Below are positions 1 to 8,222 of a DNA stretch of 32,000 nucleotides, piece after piece (within the stretch, counting starts at the first letter, position 1; every line of letters begins with the position of its first letter). The notes beneath the pieces are model-generated. The model worked only from the letters and a program-made list of their open reading frames with translations. It ran no database searches and was not told where the DNA came from. The DNA is from Candidatus Iainarchaeum sp. (GTDB taxonomy: Archaea; Iainarchaeota; Iainarchaeia; Iainarchaeales; DTGL01): assembly GCA_038736825.1 (NCBI GenBank), contig JAVYME010000004.1, positions 13,237-45,236 on the forward strand, written 5' to 3'. Position numbers and translations under genes: made by a program.

Positions 1-147
1 GGGCTTACAATTAGCGCTCTCATAGTCCTTGGCGCCTTTTACAAGCAGTCTGTTTTTGTGGATGTTGCAATAGTTTACGCAATTCTTTCGTTTGTTGGAA
101 CACTCTTTTTTGCAAGATACCTTGAAGCAAGGGAGGCAAAAAAATGA
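1..147 (+). CDS. mbhB: MrpF/MnhF-like subunit (MbhB equivalent), C-terminal fragment; 5' end lies outside the window
   Basis: Frame 1 is open from base 1 to TGA 145-147 (...VDVAIVYAILSFVGTLFFARYLEAREAKK), a typical MnhF C-terminus. The stop overlaps the next ATG (ATGA). Its position matches the conserved mbh gene order. Confidence 0.6.
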   Translation, partial: GLTISALIVLGAFYKQSVFVDVAIVYAILSFVGTLFFARYLEAREAKK

Positions 148-482
148 GCCTTTTATTGTTTTCTTCTTATGTCTTGATTTTATTCGGGATTTTGTTTCAT
201 GCTTTGGGGGCAATCGCTCTTTTCAGGTTTCCTGATGTTTACACTAGAATGCATGGCACTACAATGATTACAACGTTTGGCTCAATTTTTGTTGTTTTTG
301 GGGTTTCCCTTTATGGATTCCAGGCTGGCGATTTTGCCCTCATAGTTCATCCCTTGATAGCGCTTGTTTTCCTCTTGCTTTCAGCGCCAGCGAGCTCGCA
401 TGCAATTGCAAGGGCAGCCCACAACAGCGGGGTTTTTCCCAAGCCGGCGATTGTGGACAGACTGAAGGAGGCAAAAAAGTGA
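144..482 (+). CDS. mbhC: MrpG/MnhG-like subunit of the Mbh/Mrp module (MbhC equivalent)
   Basis: 112 aa with 3 TM segments. The motif LGAIALFRFPDVYTRMHG is characteristic of MnhG. Position in the operon fits. Confidence 0.8.
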   Translation: MSLLLFSSYVLILFGILFHALGAIALFRFPDVYTRMHGTTMITTFGSIFVVFGVSLYGFQAGDFALIVHPLIALVFLLLSAPASSHAIARAAHNSGVFPKPAIVDRLKEAKK

Positions 483-724
483 TTGCTGATATTTTCCATG
501 CACTGGTTTTGCTGGGAGCGCTTTTTTGTGCAATAATGGCTGTCAGGGCAAAAGACCTTTTGATTGCTGTTGTCTTGCTTGGAGCAATGAGTCTTTTGGT
601 TGCAACAGAATTTTATATTTTGCAGGCACCGGATGTGGCAATAACTGAAGCTGCAGTTGGAGCCGGCCTTTCCACTGCAATTTATCTGGTGGCAGTTGAA
701 AAAACCAAGAGGATGGAAGAATGA
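479..724 (+). CDS. mbhD: small membrane subunit, MrpB N-terminal-like (MbhD equivalent)
   Basis: 81 aa, hydrophobic. GTG start overlaps the upstream stop (GTGA). The motif PDVAITEAAVGAG is typical of the MnhB-N/DUF4040 type. Size and order match MbhD. Confidence 0.65.
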   Translation: MIADIFHALVLLGALFCAIMAVRAKDLLIAVVLLGAMSLLVATEFYILQAPDVAITEAAVGAGLSTAIYLVAVEKTKRMEE

Positions 725-987
725 AGCAATCCGCAAAAGTGGTTGTATTGAGTGTTCTCGCCCTCTTCCTGTTTTTTACTGCAATCGCAATGAGGTCTTT
801 TGGGGCTCCTAAAAAAACTGCAATGGATGACTATATGATATTGAATGGTCAAAGGGAGACTGCTGCAAACAATATTGTGGCCGCAATTGTTTTTGATTAC
901 AGGGGTTATGATACTCTTGGCGAGGCAACAATTCTTTTCACTGCGGTCAGCGGTGTTTTTTTGCTGTTCAGGGCGGTGAAAAAATGA
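721..987 (+). CDS. mbhE: small membrane subunit (MbhE equivalent)
   Basis: 88 aa. The motif NIVAAIVFDYRGYDTLGEATILF is MnhB-like. ATGA overlaps on both sides. Confidence 0.65.
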   Translation: MKQSAKVVVLSVLALFLFFTAIAMRSFGAPKKTAMDDYMILNGQRETAANNIVAAIVFDYRGYDTLGEATILFTAVSGVFLLFRAVKK

Positions 988-1463
988 ACGGTCTTTCCAC
1001 TATTGTTAGAACGGTTGCTTTAATTTTGTTTGTTCCCGTGCTTGTTTTAGGGTTTTATGTAATAGCGCATGGGCATCTCACGCCCGGCGGTGGCTTTCAG
1101 GGCGGCACAATTATTGCAACATCGCTGGCGCTTGTTTTGGTTGCTTTTGGGGGAGAGCATTTCAAAAAGGCTGTTTCAAAGGAAACACTGAAAAACCTTG
1201 AAAGCATTGGGCTCACGGTTTTCATTGGTGCTGCTTTGTTGGGGCTCGGGGCTACGTTTTTTGCAAACTTTTTGGCAAACTCTGGGCTTTTGTTTGGGAA
1301 AAGCATTGGGTTTGGAGTGAATCCAGGCTATATTAACACTTCTGGCACTATTGCTGTAATGAATTTTGCTGTTGGCACTGAAGTTGCTGTTGGTTTATCG
1401 CTTGTTTTAATGCTCATGTTTTTTTCCAGTGACAGTGGAATGGAGGGGGGTGAAAAGAAATGA
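984..1463 (+). CDS. mbhF: MnhB-domain membrane subunit (MbhF equivalent)
   Basis: 159 aa. The motif HGHLTPGGGFQGG is the hallmark of the MnhB domain. ATGA overlaps on both sides. Confidence 0.75.
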   Translation: MNGLSTIVRTVALILFVPVLVLGFYVIAHGHLTPGGGFQGGTIIATSLALVLVAFGGEHFKKAVSKETLKNLESIGLTVFIGAALLGLGATFFANFLANSGLLFGKSIGFGVNPGYINTSGTIAVMNFAVGTEVAVGLSLVLMLMFFSSDSGMEGGEKK

Positions 1464-1828
1464 TTTTTGGAAACCTTCCCTTTATTGTTTCTCTTTTAAT
1501 GATTGTTGTGGGTCTTTCAGCCTTGTTGTTTAAAAAGAATCTCATAAAAATGGCCATAGGGCTTTCAATAATGGGTTCTGGCATTAATGTTTTCCTTGTT
1601 GCCTTGTGTTATCGTGACAACAGCATTGCCCCCATATTCACTAATGCGCCTTTAAGCGATGCTTCCAAGGCGGCTGCTGAAATGGCTTTGCCTGTCCCGC
1701 AAGCCTTAACTCTTACAAGCATTGTGATTAGCCTTGCAGTTACCGCTCTAATGCTTTCTCTCGCGGTTCTTTCTTACAGGCATTCTGGGACTCTTGATTC
1801 AGAGAAATCAAGGAGGCTGAAGGGTTGA
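1460..1828 (+). CDS. mbhG: MrpC/NuoK-like membrane subunit (MbhG equivalent)
   Basis: 122 aa with 3 TM segments. Position and size match MbhG. Confidence 0.7.
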   Translation: MIFGNLPFIVSLLMIVVGLSALLFKKNLIKMAIGLSIMGSGINVFLVALCYRDNSIAPIFTNAPLSDASKAAAEMALPVPQALTLTSIVISLAVTALMLSLAVLSYRHSGTLDSEKSRRLKG

Positions 1829-3396
1829 TGGATTTTATTGCGTTTGTTTTGAATCATGCGCCTGCGCTTTCAGTGGCTGTGCCATTGTTGAGTGCCTTTC
1901 TAATTCCTCTTTTTAAAAAGGAGTGGTTGAAGGCATCCATGGCTTTCACTTTATTATCTTTGCTTTTCACTGAAATCCTTGTGCTTTCCGTGTTCTTTAG
2001 CGTTCTTTCTGGGGGTACAAGGGTTTACACGATGGGTGCTGACATTCCAGGGCGGACTCTGCCTTCAGGCATGTCTGTGCCTGTAAGGATTATCCTGCAA
2101 ATAGATGCTCCTTCAGCATTAATGGGCTTGATTGGTGCAACTATTGCGTTGATTGCTGCGTTTTATGCCTTGCAGGGCGTGAAGGACAAGGCTGAGGGCA
2201 AGTTTTATTGCCTTATGCTTTTAATGCTCTCTGGTTTTATTGGCTTTGTTTTCACTGGGGATTTCTTTAACTTGTTTGTTTTCTTTGAGATTCTTTCCAT
2301 TTCTTCTGTTGGCTTGATTGCATTCTGGTTGCACAAGCAAGAGGCAATCGAGGCTGGCTTCAAATATCTTTCAATTAGCGCGGTTGCATCTCTTTTTGTT
2401 TTGCTGGCAATTGCTTTAATGTATGCACAGCACGGTGTTCTCAACATAGCCGCAATATCTCTTGAAACTGCAATCTCGGGTTTTGCAATAATTGATGTGA
2501 TTGCTCTTGGCTTGCTGGTTGCAGGCTTTTTAATGAAGTGCGGCGCGGTTCCAATGCATTACTGGGTTCCAGATGCTTACGGTGAAGCCCCAGAGGCAAT
2601 AACTGCAATTCTTGCAGTTGCAACCCAAGCAAGCCTTTATGCACTTTTAAGGGTTTGCTTTACAATGTTTGGATCCTTTGAACTGATTGGAATAATTGCT
2701 TGGGCAATGATTTTGTTCGGCGTGCTTTCGCTTTTTGTTGGTTCTACAATGTGCTTGCTTCAAAAAGACTTGAAAAGGCTTATTGCATATGGTGGAATTT
2801 CTCAAACCGGTTTTATTCTTGTTGCAATGGGCGCTGGCCTTGCAGCAATAGGCAACCCGGTTTTTTCAGATTTTGGCTTTAAGGCAATGCAGGGCGGAAT
2901 CTTTCACATGATAAACCATGCTTTTTATGAAGCTCTTTTGTTCCTTTCAGCAGGCGCAGTAATCTATGCTGCTGGCACCAAGGATTTGGATGAATTGGGC
3001 GGTCTTGCAAGAAAAATGCCTTTCACTGCAATTCTTTTCCTTGTAGGCGCAATTGCAATGGCTGGCTTGCCTCCATCGAACGGTTTTGCTTCAAAAATCC
3101 TGATTTATGAATCAATTTATTATTTCAACCCTTTTTTGGCTGTGATAGCGCTTGTTTCAAGCGTGATTGTGACTGTTCCGCTTGTTAAGGCTTTTTGCGC
3201 AGTTTTTCTCGGACCAGAGGTTAAAACGCTTTCAGGTGCAAGGGAGGCGCCAAAGGCAATGCTGTTCGCTATGGCGGTTCTTGCATTGATTGTTATATTG
3301 CTCGGATTTTTTCCAAGCATTGTAATAGACTTTGTTGCCAAGCCTGCAGCAAAAGCCTTGCTGGACTGGGGTTCTTACTGGGGGGCTGTAGTGTGA
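1825..3396 (+). CDS. mbhH: MrpD/NuoL-M-N-type antiporter-like subunit (MbhH equivalent)
   Basis: 523 aa, polytopic. The motifs PMHYWVPDAYGEAP and GGIFHMINHAFYEALLFLSAG are typical of proton-conducting Mrp/complex I antiporter subunits. The start is TTG 1825 or ATG 1828, preceded by AGGAGG at 1811-1816. Confidence 0.9.
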   Translation: MMDFIAFVLNHAPALSVAVPLLSAFLIPLFKKEWLKASMAFTLLSLLFTEILVLSVFFSVLSGGTRVYTMGADIPGRTLPSGMSVPVRIILQIDAPSALMGLIGATIALIAAFYALQGVKDKAEGKFYCLMLLMLSGFIGFVFTGDFFNLFVFFEILSISSVGLIAFWLHKQEAIEAGFKYLSISAVASLFVLLAIALMYAQHGVLNIAAISLETAISGFAIIDVIALGLLVAGFLMKCGAVPMHYWVPDAYGEAPEAITAILAVATQASLYALLRVCFTMFGSFELIGIIAWAMILFGVLSLFVGSTMCLLQKDLKRLIAYGGISQTGFILVAMGAGLAAIGNPVFSDFGFKAMQGGIFHMINHAFYEALLFLSAGAVIYAAGTKDLDELGGLARKMPFTAILFLVGAIAMAGLPPSNGFASKILIYESIYYFNPFLAVIALVSSVIVTVPLVKAFCAVFLGPEVKTLSGAREAPKAMLFAMAVLALIVILLGFFPSIVIDFVAKPAAKALLDWGSYWGAVV

Positions 3397-3749
3397 TGAA
3401 CCAGGAAATTTTTGGCGGCACAATGCCTGTTGAATGGAGCCCGCTTGTTTTTATAGTGTCAATTGTTCTTGTCTCACTGGTAGTGGTTGTTGTCAGGTTT
3501 TTTGGAAAAAAAGACTTTGTTGACGGAAAGTTTAGGGCTGATGCATTTCTTTCAGGCAACAAACCGGAAGAAAAACATGAAGTGAAGGCAAGCAATTTCT
3601 TTTGGGGCTTTTTTGAGGCATTAAAGGGATACTATGAAAAAATGCTTGCAATTCACACTGGCTTGCTCAACGATTACATTTTTTGGTTTGTTTTCTGTGT
3701 TTCACTCATATTGATAGCGCTTTACATGGGGGTGGCCTTGTGGGGATAG
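3393..3749 (+). CDS. mbhI: small membrane subunit (MbhI equivalent)
   Basis: 118 aa with 2 TM segments. The start (GTG 3393 or ATG 3396) overlaps the mbhH stop. Size and order match MbhI. Confidence 0.6.
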   Translation: MMNQEIFGGTMPVEWSPLVFIVSIVLVSLVVVVVRFFGKKDFVDGKFRADAFLSGNKPEEKHEVKASNFFWGFFEALKGYYEKMLAIHTGLLNDYIFWFVFCVSLILIALYMGVALWG

Positions 3750-4168
3750 ATTCCTTGAAAAGGTCGCTTTGGGTTTTTCATGTCAACAGTGGTTCCTGCA
3801 ATGGTTGTGATATAGAGATAATTGCAGCTCTCACTCCAAGATATGATGCTGAAAGGTTTGGCATAAAGCTTGTGGGAACCCCAAGGCATGCAGATGTATT
3901 GCTTGTCACAGGCCCTGTCACCAAGCAAATGAAGGAAGAAGTGTTGCGGGTTTACGCTCAAACCCCTCAACCGAAAGTGGTAATGGTTGTGGGCAATTGT
4001 GGAAGCACTGGCGGTGTTTTCTATGAATCCTACAACATTGACGGTCCAGTGAACAAATTGCTGCCAGTTGATGTTTATGTAACCGGCTGCCCTCCAAGGC
4101 CTGAGGCAATCATAGAGGGTGTTGTAAAGGCTTGGAAAAAACTAGAGTCTTTGGAGGCAAAAAAATGA
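3740..4168 (+). CDS. mbhJ: [NiFe]-hydrogenase small subunit, NuoB-like (MbhJ equivalent)
   Basis: The conserved core is WVFHVNSGSCNGCDIEIIAALTPRYDAERFG. The motifs GNCGSTGG and GCPPRPE supply the Cys ligands of the proximal [4Fe-4S] cluster. I prefer GTG 3740 as the start (10-nt overlap with mbhI) over the track's TTG 3683 (67-nt overlap). Confidence 0.85.
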   Translation: MGIDSLKRSLWVFHVNSGSCNGCDIEIIAALTPRYDAERFGIKLVGTPRHADVLLVTGPVTKQMKEEVLRVYAQTPQPKVVMVVGNCGSTGGVFYESYNIDGPVNKLLPVDVYVTGCPPRPEAIIEGVVKAWKKLESLEAKK

Positions 4169-4674
4169 ATCCCGAACAGGTTTTGGAATCATTCAAAAAA
4201 GAATTTCCTGGAATTGAGATAAGGTTGGTTGAACAAGGCTCTGGCAAGCATAAAAAAGCCCAGGTTTGGGCTTTAGTCCAGCCAAAGGATTTCAAGAGAG
4301 CGGTGAAGCACTTGTTTGAATTGCAGGAATTTCCACATTTTTCTGTTTCTTCTGGAAGCGATATTGGAAATGAAATTGAAATAATAAACCATTTTGTGCT
4401 CAATTATGGAGAAAAAGAACCACAAATTCCATTCAATCTTAAAGTGAGGCTGCCAAAGGAAAACCCTGAAATGGAAACAATAACTGATCTTTTTCCAAGC
4501 GCAATCATTTCAGAACAGGAAAAAATGGAAATGCTGGGAATAAAAATTTCCGGAATTCCAAAGAAAAGGGTTTTCACTGATGACAGCATGCCTTCAGGCG
4601 TGTTCCCCTGGAGAAAGGATGGAAAAGGCGCTGAAAAAATAGCAAGGAATGTCCATGAAGGTGGCAAGAAATGA
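4165..4674 (+). CDS. mbhK: NuoC-like subunit (MbhK equivalent)
   Basis: About 169 aa, soluble. ATG 4165 follows GGAGG and overlaps the mbhJ stop (ATGA). Size and order match MbhK. Confidence 0.75.
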   Translation: MNPEQVLESFKKEFPGIEIRLVEQGSGKHKKAQVWALVQPKDFKRAVKHLFELQEFPHFSVSSGSDIGNEIEIINHFVLNYGEKEPQIPFNLKVRLPKENPEMETITDLFPSAIISEQEKMEMLGIKISGIPKKRVFTDDSMPSGVFPWRKDGKGAEKIARNVHEGGKK

Positions 4675-5894
4675 ACAAACAGTTTGAATTGTGCGTTGGA
4701 CCAATACATCCAGCCCTAAAAGAACCAATAAAACTGGATTTTCAAGTTGAAGGCGAGCGCGTTAAAGGGGTTTCTTTCAGTTTAGGGCAAGTGCACCGTG
4801 CAATAGAGTGGGCTGCAACAAAAAGAAACCCGATACAGGTTCTTTACATGGCGGAAAGAATTTGCGGGATTTGCAATATGTGCCATCCGATGGCTTTCAG
4901 CATGGCAATTGAAAGCGCTGCAGGCATTGAAGTGCCAGAGAGAGCTGAATTCATTCGCACAATAAACGCTGAACTTGAAAGAATCCACTCGCACATTTTG
5001 TGGGCTGGAGTTGCAGCGCACGAGCTGGGCTTTGACTCCCTAATGCATTATACTTGGCGCGTCAGAGAAAAAGTCTTAGACATAATAGAATACTTGAATG
5101 GAAACAGAATCACAAAAGGGGTTCTCATGATTGGCGGCGTGAGAAGGGACATTCCAGAAAAAGACTTTGCAAAAGTCAGGGAAGCACTAAACTATTACAA
5201 GGAATTGTACGCAAAACTTGAAAGCATTCTGTTAAAGGACCGCTCAATAATGGCAAGAACAAGGGAAATCGGCATTCTCACAAAAAAGGACGCTCTTGAA
5301 TTGTGCGCTGTGGGCCCAACAGCAAGAGCCTCAGGAGTAAAAAAAGACATTAGAGTGGACTGGCCTTATGCAGCCTATCCCGAGCTTGAAATTGAACCCA
5401 TAACCCCTGAAAGCGCTGGATTCAAGGCAACCGGTGACACTTATGACAGGATTGTGGTGAGATTGCTTGAAATAAAACAATCAATTGAATTGATAGAGCA
5501 ATGCTTGGACAAAATGAAGCCAGGACCGATTCTTGCAGAACCTGTTCTCCAAAAACTGTTAGTGCAATTAAAGACAGTTCAAGGCGAGGGCGTTGCATTC
5601 CAGGAAGCCCCGAGGGGAGAACTAATACACTACATTAAAATGACAGGACAGGAAGCACCTTATGCTTGGAAAGTCAGAGCGCCCACTTATGCAAACCTGC
5701 CTCCCTTAGTGCCAATGCTTTCTGAATGCGAAATAGCCGACATTCCAATAATTGTGGCATCAATAGATCCCTGCATGTCGTGCACAAACCGCGCCATAAT
5801 AACTGACAAAAACAATTCAATGCTTTCAATGGAAGAACTCAGAGAGTTAAGCATTAAAAAAACCCTGAAAATGCAAAAGGAGGCATTGAAATGA
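4671..5894 (+). CDS. mbhL: group 4 [NiFe]-hydrogenase large (catalytic) subunit, NuoD-like (MbhL equivalent)
   Basis: 407 aa. The N-terminal NiFe motif is RICGICNMCH (nt 4863-4886). The C-terminal motif is DPCMSCTNR (nt 5766-5792), followed by a 33-aa extension that could be removed by the adjacent HycI-type protease. Confidence 0.92.
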   Translation: MNKQFELCVGPIHPALKEPIKLDFQVEGERVKGVSFSLGQVHRAIEWAATKRNPIQVLYMAERICGICNMCHPMAFSMAIESAAGIEVPERAEFIRTINAELERIHSHILWAGVAAHELGFDSLMHYTWRVREKVLDIIEYLNGNRITKGVLMIGGVRRDIPEKDFAKVREALNYYKELYAKLESILLKDRSIMARTREIGILTKKDALELCAVGPTARASGVKKDIRVDWPYAAYPELEIEPITPESAGFKATGDTYDRIVVRLLEIKQSIELIEQCLDKMKPGPILAEPVLQKLLVQLKTVQGEGVAFQEAPRGELIHYIKMTGQEAPYAWKVRAPTYANLPPLVPMLSECEIADIPIIVASIDPCMSCTNRAIITDKNNSMLSMEELRELSIKKTLKMQKEALK

Positions 5895-6901
5895 ATGCTT
5901 TGCCATTATTGCTCGCACAGTTTTTGCTTATACCAGTGCTTGCCATAACAGGCATTTTTCTAGGATTGCTTTTTAGGGGAATTGACAGAAAGCTTGGGGC
6001 AAAAATGCAGGCACGCGTTGGCCCGCCAATAATACAGCCCTTTTTGGACTTGAAAAAGCTTTTAATAAAGGAAAACATTGTGCCAAAGCACGCCATAAGC
6101 TGGATTTTCAATTCAATGCCGGTGATAGCACTTGTTTCAGCGCTTTTGCTTTTACTTTACATTCCCTTGTTTGGCTTTGCACCACTTCTCAAAGGCTATG
6201 GAGACCTAATCCTTGTAATGTACCTGTTAATGGTTCCAGCCCTTGCACTCGCCATAGGCGGTTTTTCCTCGGGTTCAACCTATGCCTCTGTTGGAGCGCA
6301 AAGAGAGCTTGTTTTAATGATGAGTTACGAGTTTGCGCTTGCCATAGTGATTGTCACAATTGCATTCATTTCTTCCATTGCCAACCCGCTTTCAAATGCA
6401 TTTTCTCTTGAAACAGTCTCTGAAACACCAATATGGGAGCTTGTAGGGCCAGTTGGCTCAATTGGTGTTTTCCTATTGCTTTTAGCCCTAATGCTTGTAA
6501 TGCCAGTAGAGCTTGGAAGAATCCCTGGAGACATTGCAGAAGCCAAAACCGAAATAGCGGACGGCGTGCTCGTGGAATACAGCGGCCGCAATCTAGCACT
6601 TTTCAACCTGGCACAGGATGTGAGAACAATTGCTTTTGCAGCACTAGTGGTGGCGCTTTTCTTTCCTTACAATTTTTCACCCAGCATTGCAATTCTTGGT
6701 TTTCCAATAGAAGTGATTGCCAATGCTGCCTTTTTCCTTGTAAAGCTTTTCATTGTGGTTTTTGCTGGCTCAATTTTTGTGCATGTTGCAGTGGCAAGGT
6801 TTAAGGTTGACCAAGCAGCAAAAGCCTATTGGGGGCCAGTGCTCACTGTAGCACTTGCTGGAATGGCAATTGCAATTTATGGAACAACAATGGTGGTTTG
6901 A
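5891..6901 (+). CDS. mbhM: NuoH/HycD-like membrane subunit (MbhM equivalent)
   Basis: 336 aa, polytopic. The motifs RVGPPIIQPFLDLKKL and ELVLMMSYEFA, and a GRIPGDIAEAKTEIADG-type loop, are typical of NuoH/HycD. Confidence 0.88.
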   Translation: MNALPLLLAQFLLIPVLAITGIFLGLLFRGIDRKLGAKMQARVGPPIIQPFLDLKKLLIKENIVPKHAISWIFNSMPVIALVSALLLLLYIPLFGFAPLLKGYGDLILVMYLLMVPALALAIGGFSSGSTYASVGAQRELVLMMSYEFALAIVIVTIAFISSIANPLSNAFSLETVSETPIWELVGPVGSIGVFLLLLALMLVMPVELGRIPGDIAEAKTEIADGVLVEYSGRNLALFNLAQDVRTIAFAALVVALFFPYNFSPSIAILGFPIEVIANAAFFLVKLFIVVFAGSIFVHVAVARFKVDQAAKAYWGPVLTVALAGMAIAIYGTTMVV

Positions 6902-6902
6902 A

Positions 6903-7397
6903 ATGGGAATGGCATTTGAACTTTTAAAGCAAATGTTCAAAAAAAGCGCTACAAACAAGTTTCCGGTAAAGTATGCTCCAAAATCCACAACAAAGCTCTT
7001 GGAAAAAGTTGAAAAGGGAGAAATGAAAATTAACCCGCCAATAGCAACACCCCCCAATTTTAGGGGAAGGCTTTCCTATCAAAGAGAAAAATGCATTTTG
7101 TGCAGGCAATGCATTAGAGTGTGCCCTGCAGCTGCACTTGAATTCGACCAGCCATCAAATTCAATCAAGCATTATGCCGCAAGATGCACTTTTTGCGCTC
7201 AATGCGTTGACATCTGTCCCACAAAATGCCTTGCAATGACAGACGAATTCTTGCTTTCAGCTTACGATACAAGCTTGGGCTTTGCTTTGCCAAAAAAAGA
7301 GCCATTGAAAACAGAACAAACAGAGGAAAAAGAAGAAAAGCCAGAGCAAAAAAAAGCAAAACCAAAAGCCAAAAAAAATGCAAAAAAGAAAAAATGA
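6903..7397 (+). CDS. mbhN: 2x[4Fe-4S] ferredoxin-like subunit, NuoI-like (MbhN equivalent), with a Lys-rich C-terminal tail
   Basis: Two cluster motifs are present: CILCRQCIRVCP and CTFCAQCVDICP. ATG 6903 lies 1 nt after the mbhM stop. The last roughly 34 aa (KKEPLKTEQTEEKEEKPEQKKAKPKAKKNAKKKK) are low complexity. Confidence 0.85.
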   Translation: MGMAFELLKQMFKKSATNKFPVKYAPKSTTKLLEKVEKGEMKINPPIATPPNFRGRLSYQREKCILCRQCIRVCPAAALEFDQPSNSIKHYAARCTFCAQCVDICPTKCLAMTDEFLLSAYDTSLGFALPKKEPLKTEQTEEKEEKPEQKKAKPKAKKNAKKKK

Positions 7398-7398
7398 C

Positions 7399-7869
7399 TC
7401 ACAACAGTTCTATTTCTTTCAGTCTGCCCTCTTTCAACAAGCAAATAAGCCTTCTTGCAGCATCTGTTGCTTGCGGGCTAAGCTTGTTTAAATGCCAACC
7501 ATTATTGGGCTGAATTCCGACAATAACAATCTCTTCAACATAAGGCTCTATTTGCGAAACAGTCTGTGAAACCGGAAGCGAATGCGTTGAATAAAACAAA
7601 GAATTCGCTTTAGCCTTGTCTATGCGCCGGATTTCGCCTGGAGAAAGCCCCATTTCCGCAGCATCCACTAAAACCAGCAAAGAAGGCCTTTCCCTTTTAA
7701 TCAAGCCAATAAAGTTTTCAAGAGCAGCTCCAGCATTAACTGAAAGCCAGTCCCGTTCACTGAAATTGTCAGCAATCACGCAGCCGACTGCATCATCGCC
7801 GTTCAATTCTTGACCCATGCCCACAAGCATGCACATTTTTCTGGTTTCATTATAAGACTCAAATTTCAT
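7399..7869 (-). CDS. hycI: hydrogenase maturation endopeptidase (HycI/HybD family)
   Basis: 156 aa. The motifs LVGMGQELNGDDAVG (GxGNxxxxDDGxG-like) and LVLVDAAEMG are typical of this family. It sits next to hypA and the hydrogenase operon. Confidence 0.8.
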   Translation of the reverse strand: MKFESYNETRKMCMLVGMGQELNGDDAVGCVIADNFSERDWLSVNAGAALENFIGLIKRERPSLLVLVDAAEMGLSPGEIRRIDKAKANSLFYSTHSLPVSQTVSQIEPYVEEIVIVGIQPNNGWHLNKLSPQATDAARRLICLLKEGRLKEIELL

Positions 7870-8222
7870 TCAAAAACCACTCTTTTCACTTTTCGCCCTG
7901 TTCCACCGGAAAGCATTGCTTTTTCACCGCAAACAGGGCAATCCAAAAAAAGAGCTTCAGAAAACTCGGCTTCCTTTCTCCATTCGCTTTCATGGCCGTT
8001 CAAGCACTTTATTTTCGGTTTTTCAATTTCAATTTTTATCCTGGCTTTTTCGGCAATAGTGCCCTCTGAAACCACTTTAAAAGCCTCTGTTAGTTCCTCT
8101 GCAGTAACATCCGCTATTTCGCCCAGTTCAATCACAATCTCTTTTATTTTTCCAGCTCTGGCTTTTTTGGCTTCTGCCAGCGCGTCACCCAAAAGCTTTC
8201 TTGCAATCCCAAACTCGTGCAT
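7866..8222 (-). CDS. hypA: hydrogenase nickel-insertion protein HypA
   Basis: 118 aa with the N-terminal MHE nickel-binding motif and a C-terminal CPVCG knuckle. The first knuckle reads CLNGH rather than CxxC. A 4-nt overlap links it to hycI. Confidence 0.85.
   Translation of the reverse strand: MHEFGIARKLLGDALAEAKKARAGKIKEIVIELGEIADVTAEELTEAFKVVSEGTIAEKARIKIEIEKPKIKCLNGHESEWRKEAEFSEALFLDCPVCGEKAMLSGGTGRKVKRVVFE

Noticed and set aside
3683-3739. Longer N-termini proposed by the track for mbhJ (TTG 3683), mbhK (4132), mbhN (6855), endA (12597), the DedA-like gene (11315) and the 17350-17889 ORF
   Set aside because: Each would overlap the upstream gene extensively or read through AT-rich promoter DNA. 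Internal ATG/GTG starts that restore the ATGA-type coupling or sit behind an SD are more plausible.
6433-6804. Cys-rich 123-aa out-of-frame ORF inside mbhM
   Set aside because: It is embedded in the NuoH-like gene, which has clear family motifs. The Cys richness comes from TGC/TGT codons in an alternative frame of hydrophobic coding sequence.
1-7397. Possibility that the cluster is Mbx/Mbs (sulfane reductase) or a complex I relative rather than a hydrogenase
   Set aside because: Both NiFe-ligating CxxC pairs are intact in the large subunit. A C-terminal cleavable extension is present, and hycI and hypA are adjacent.
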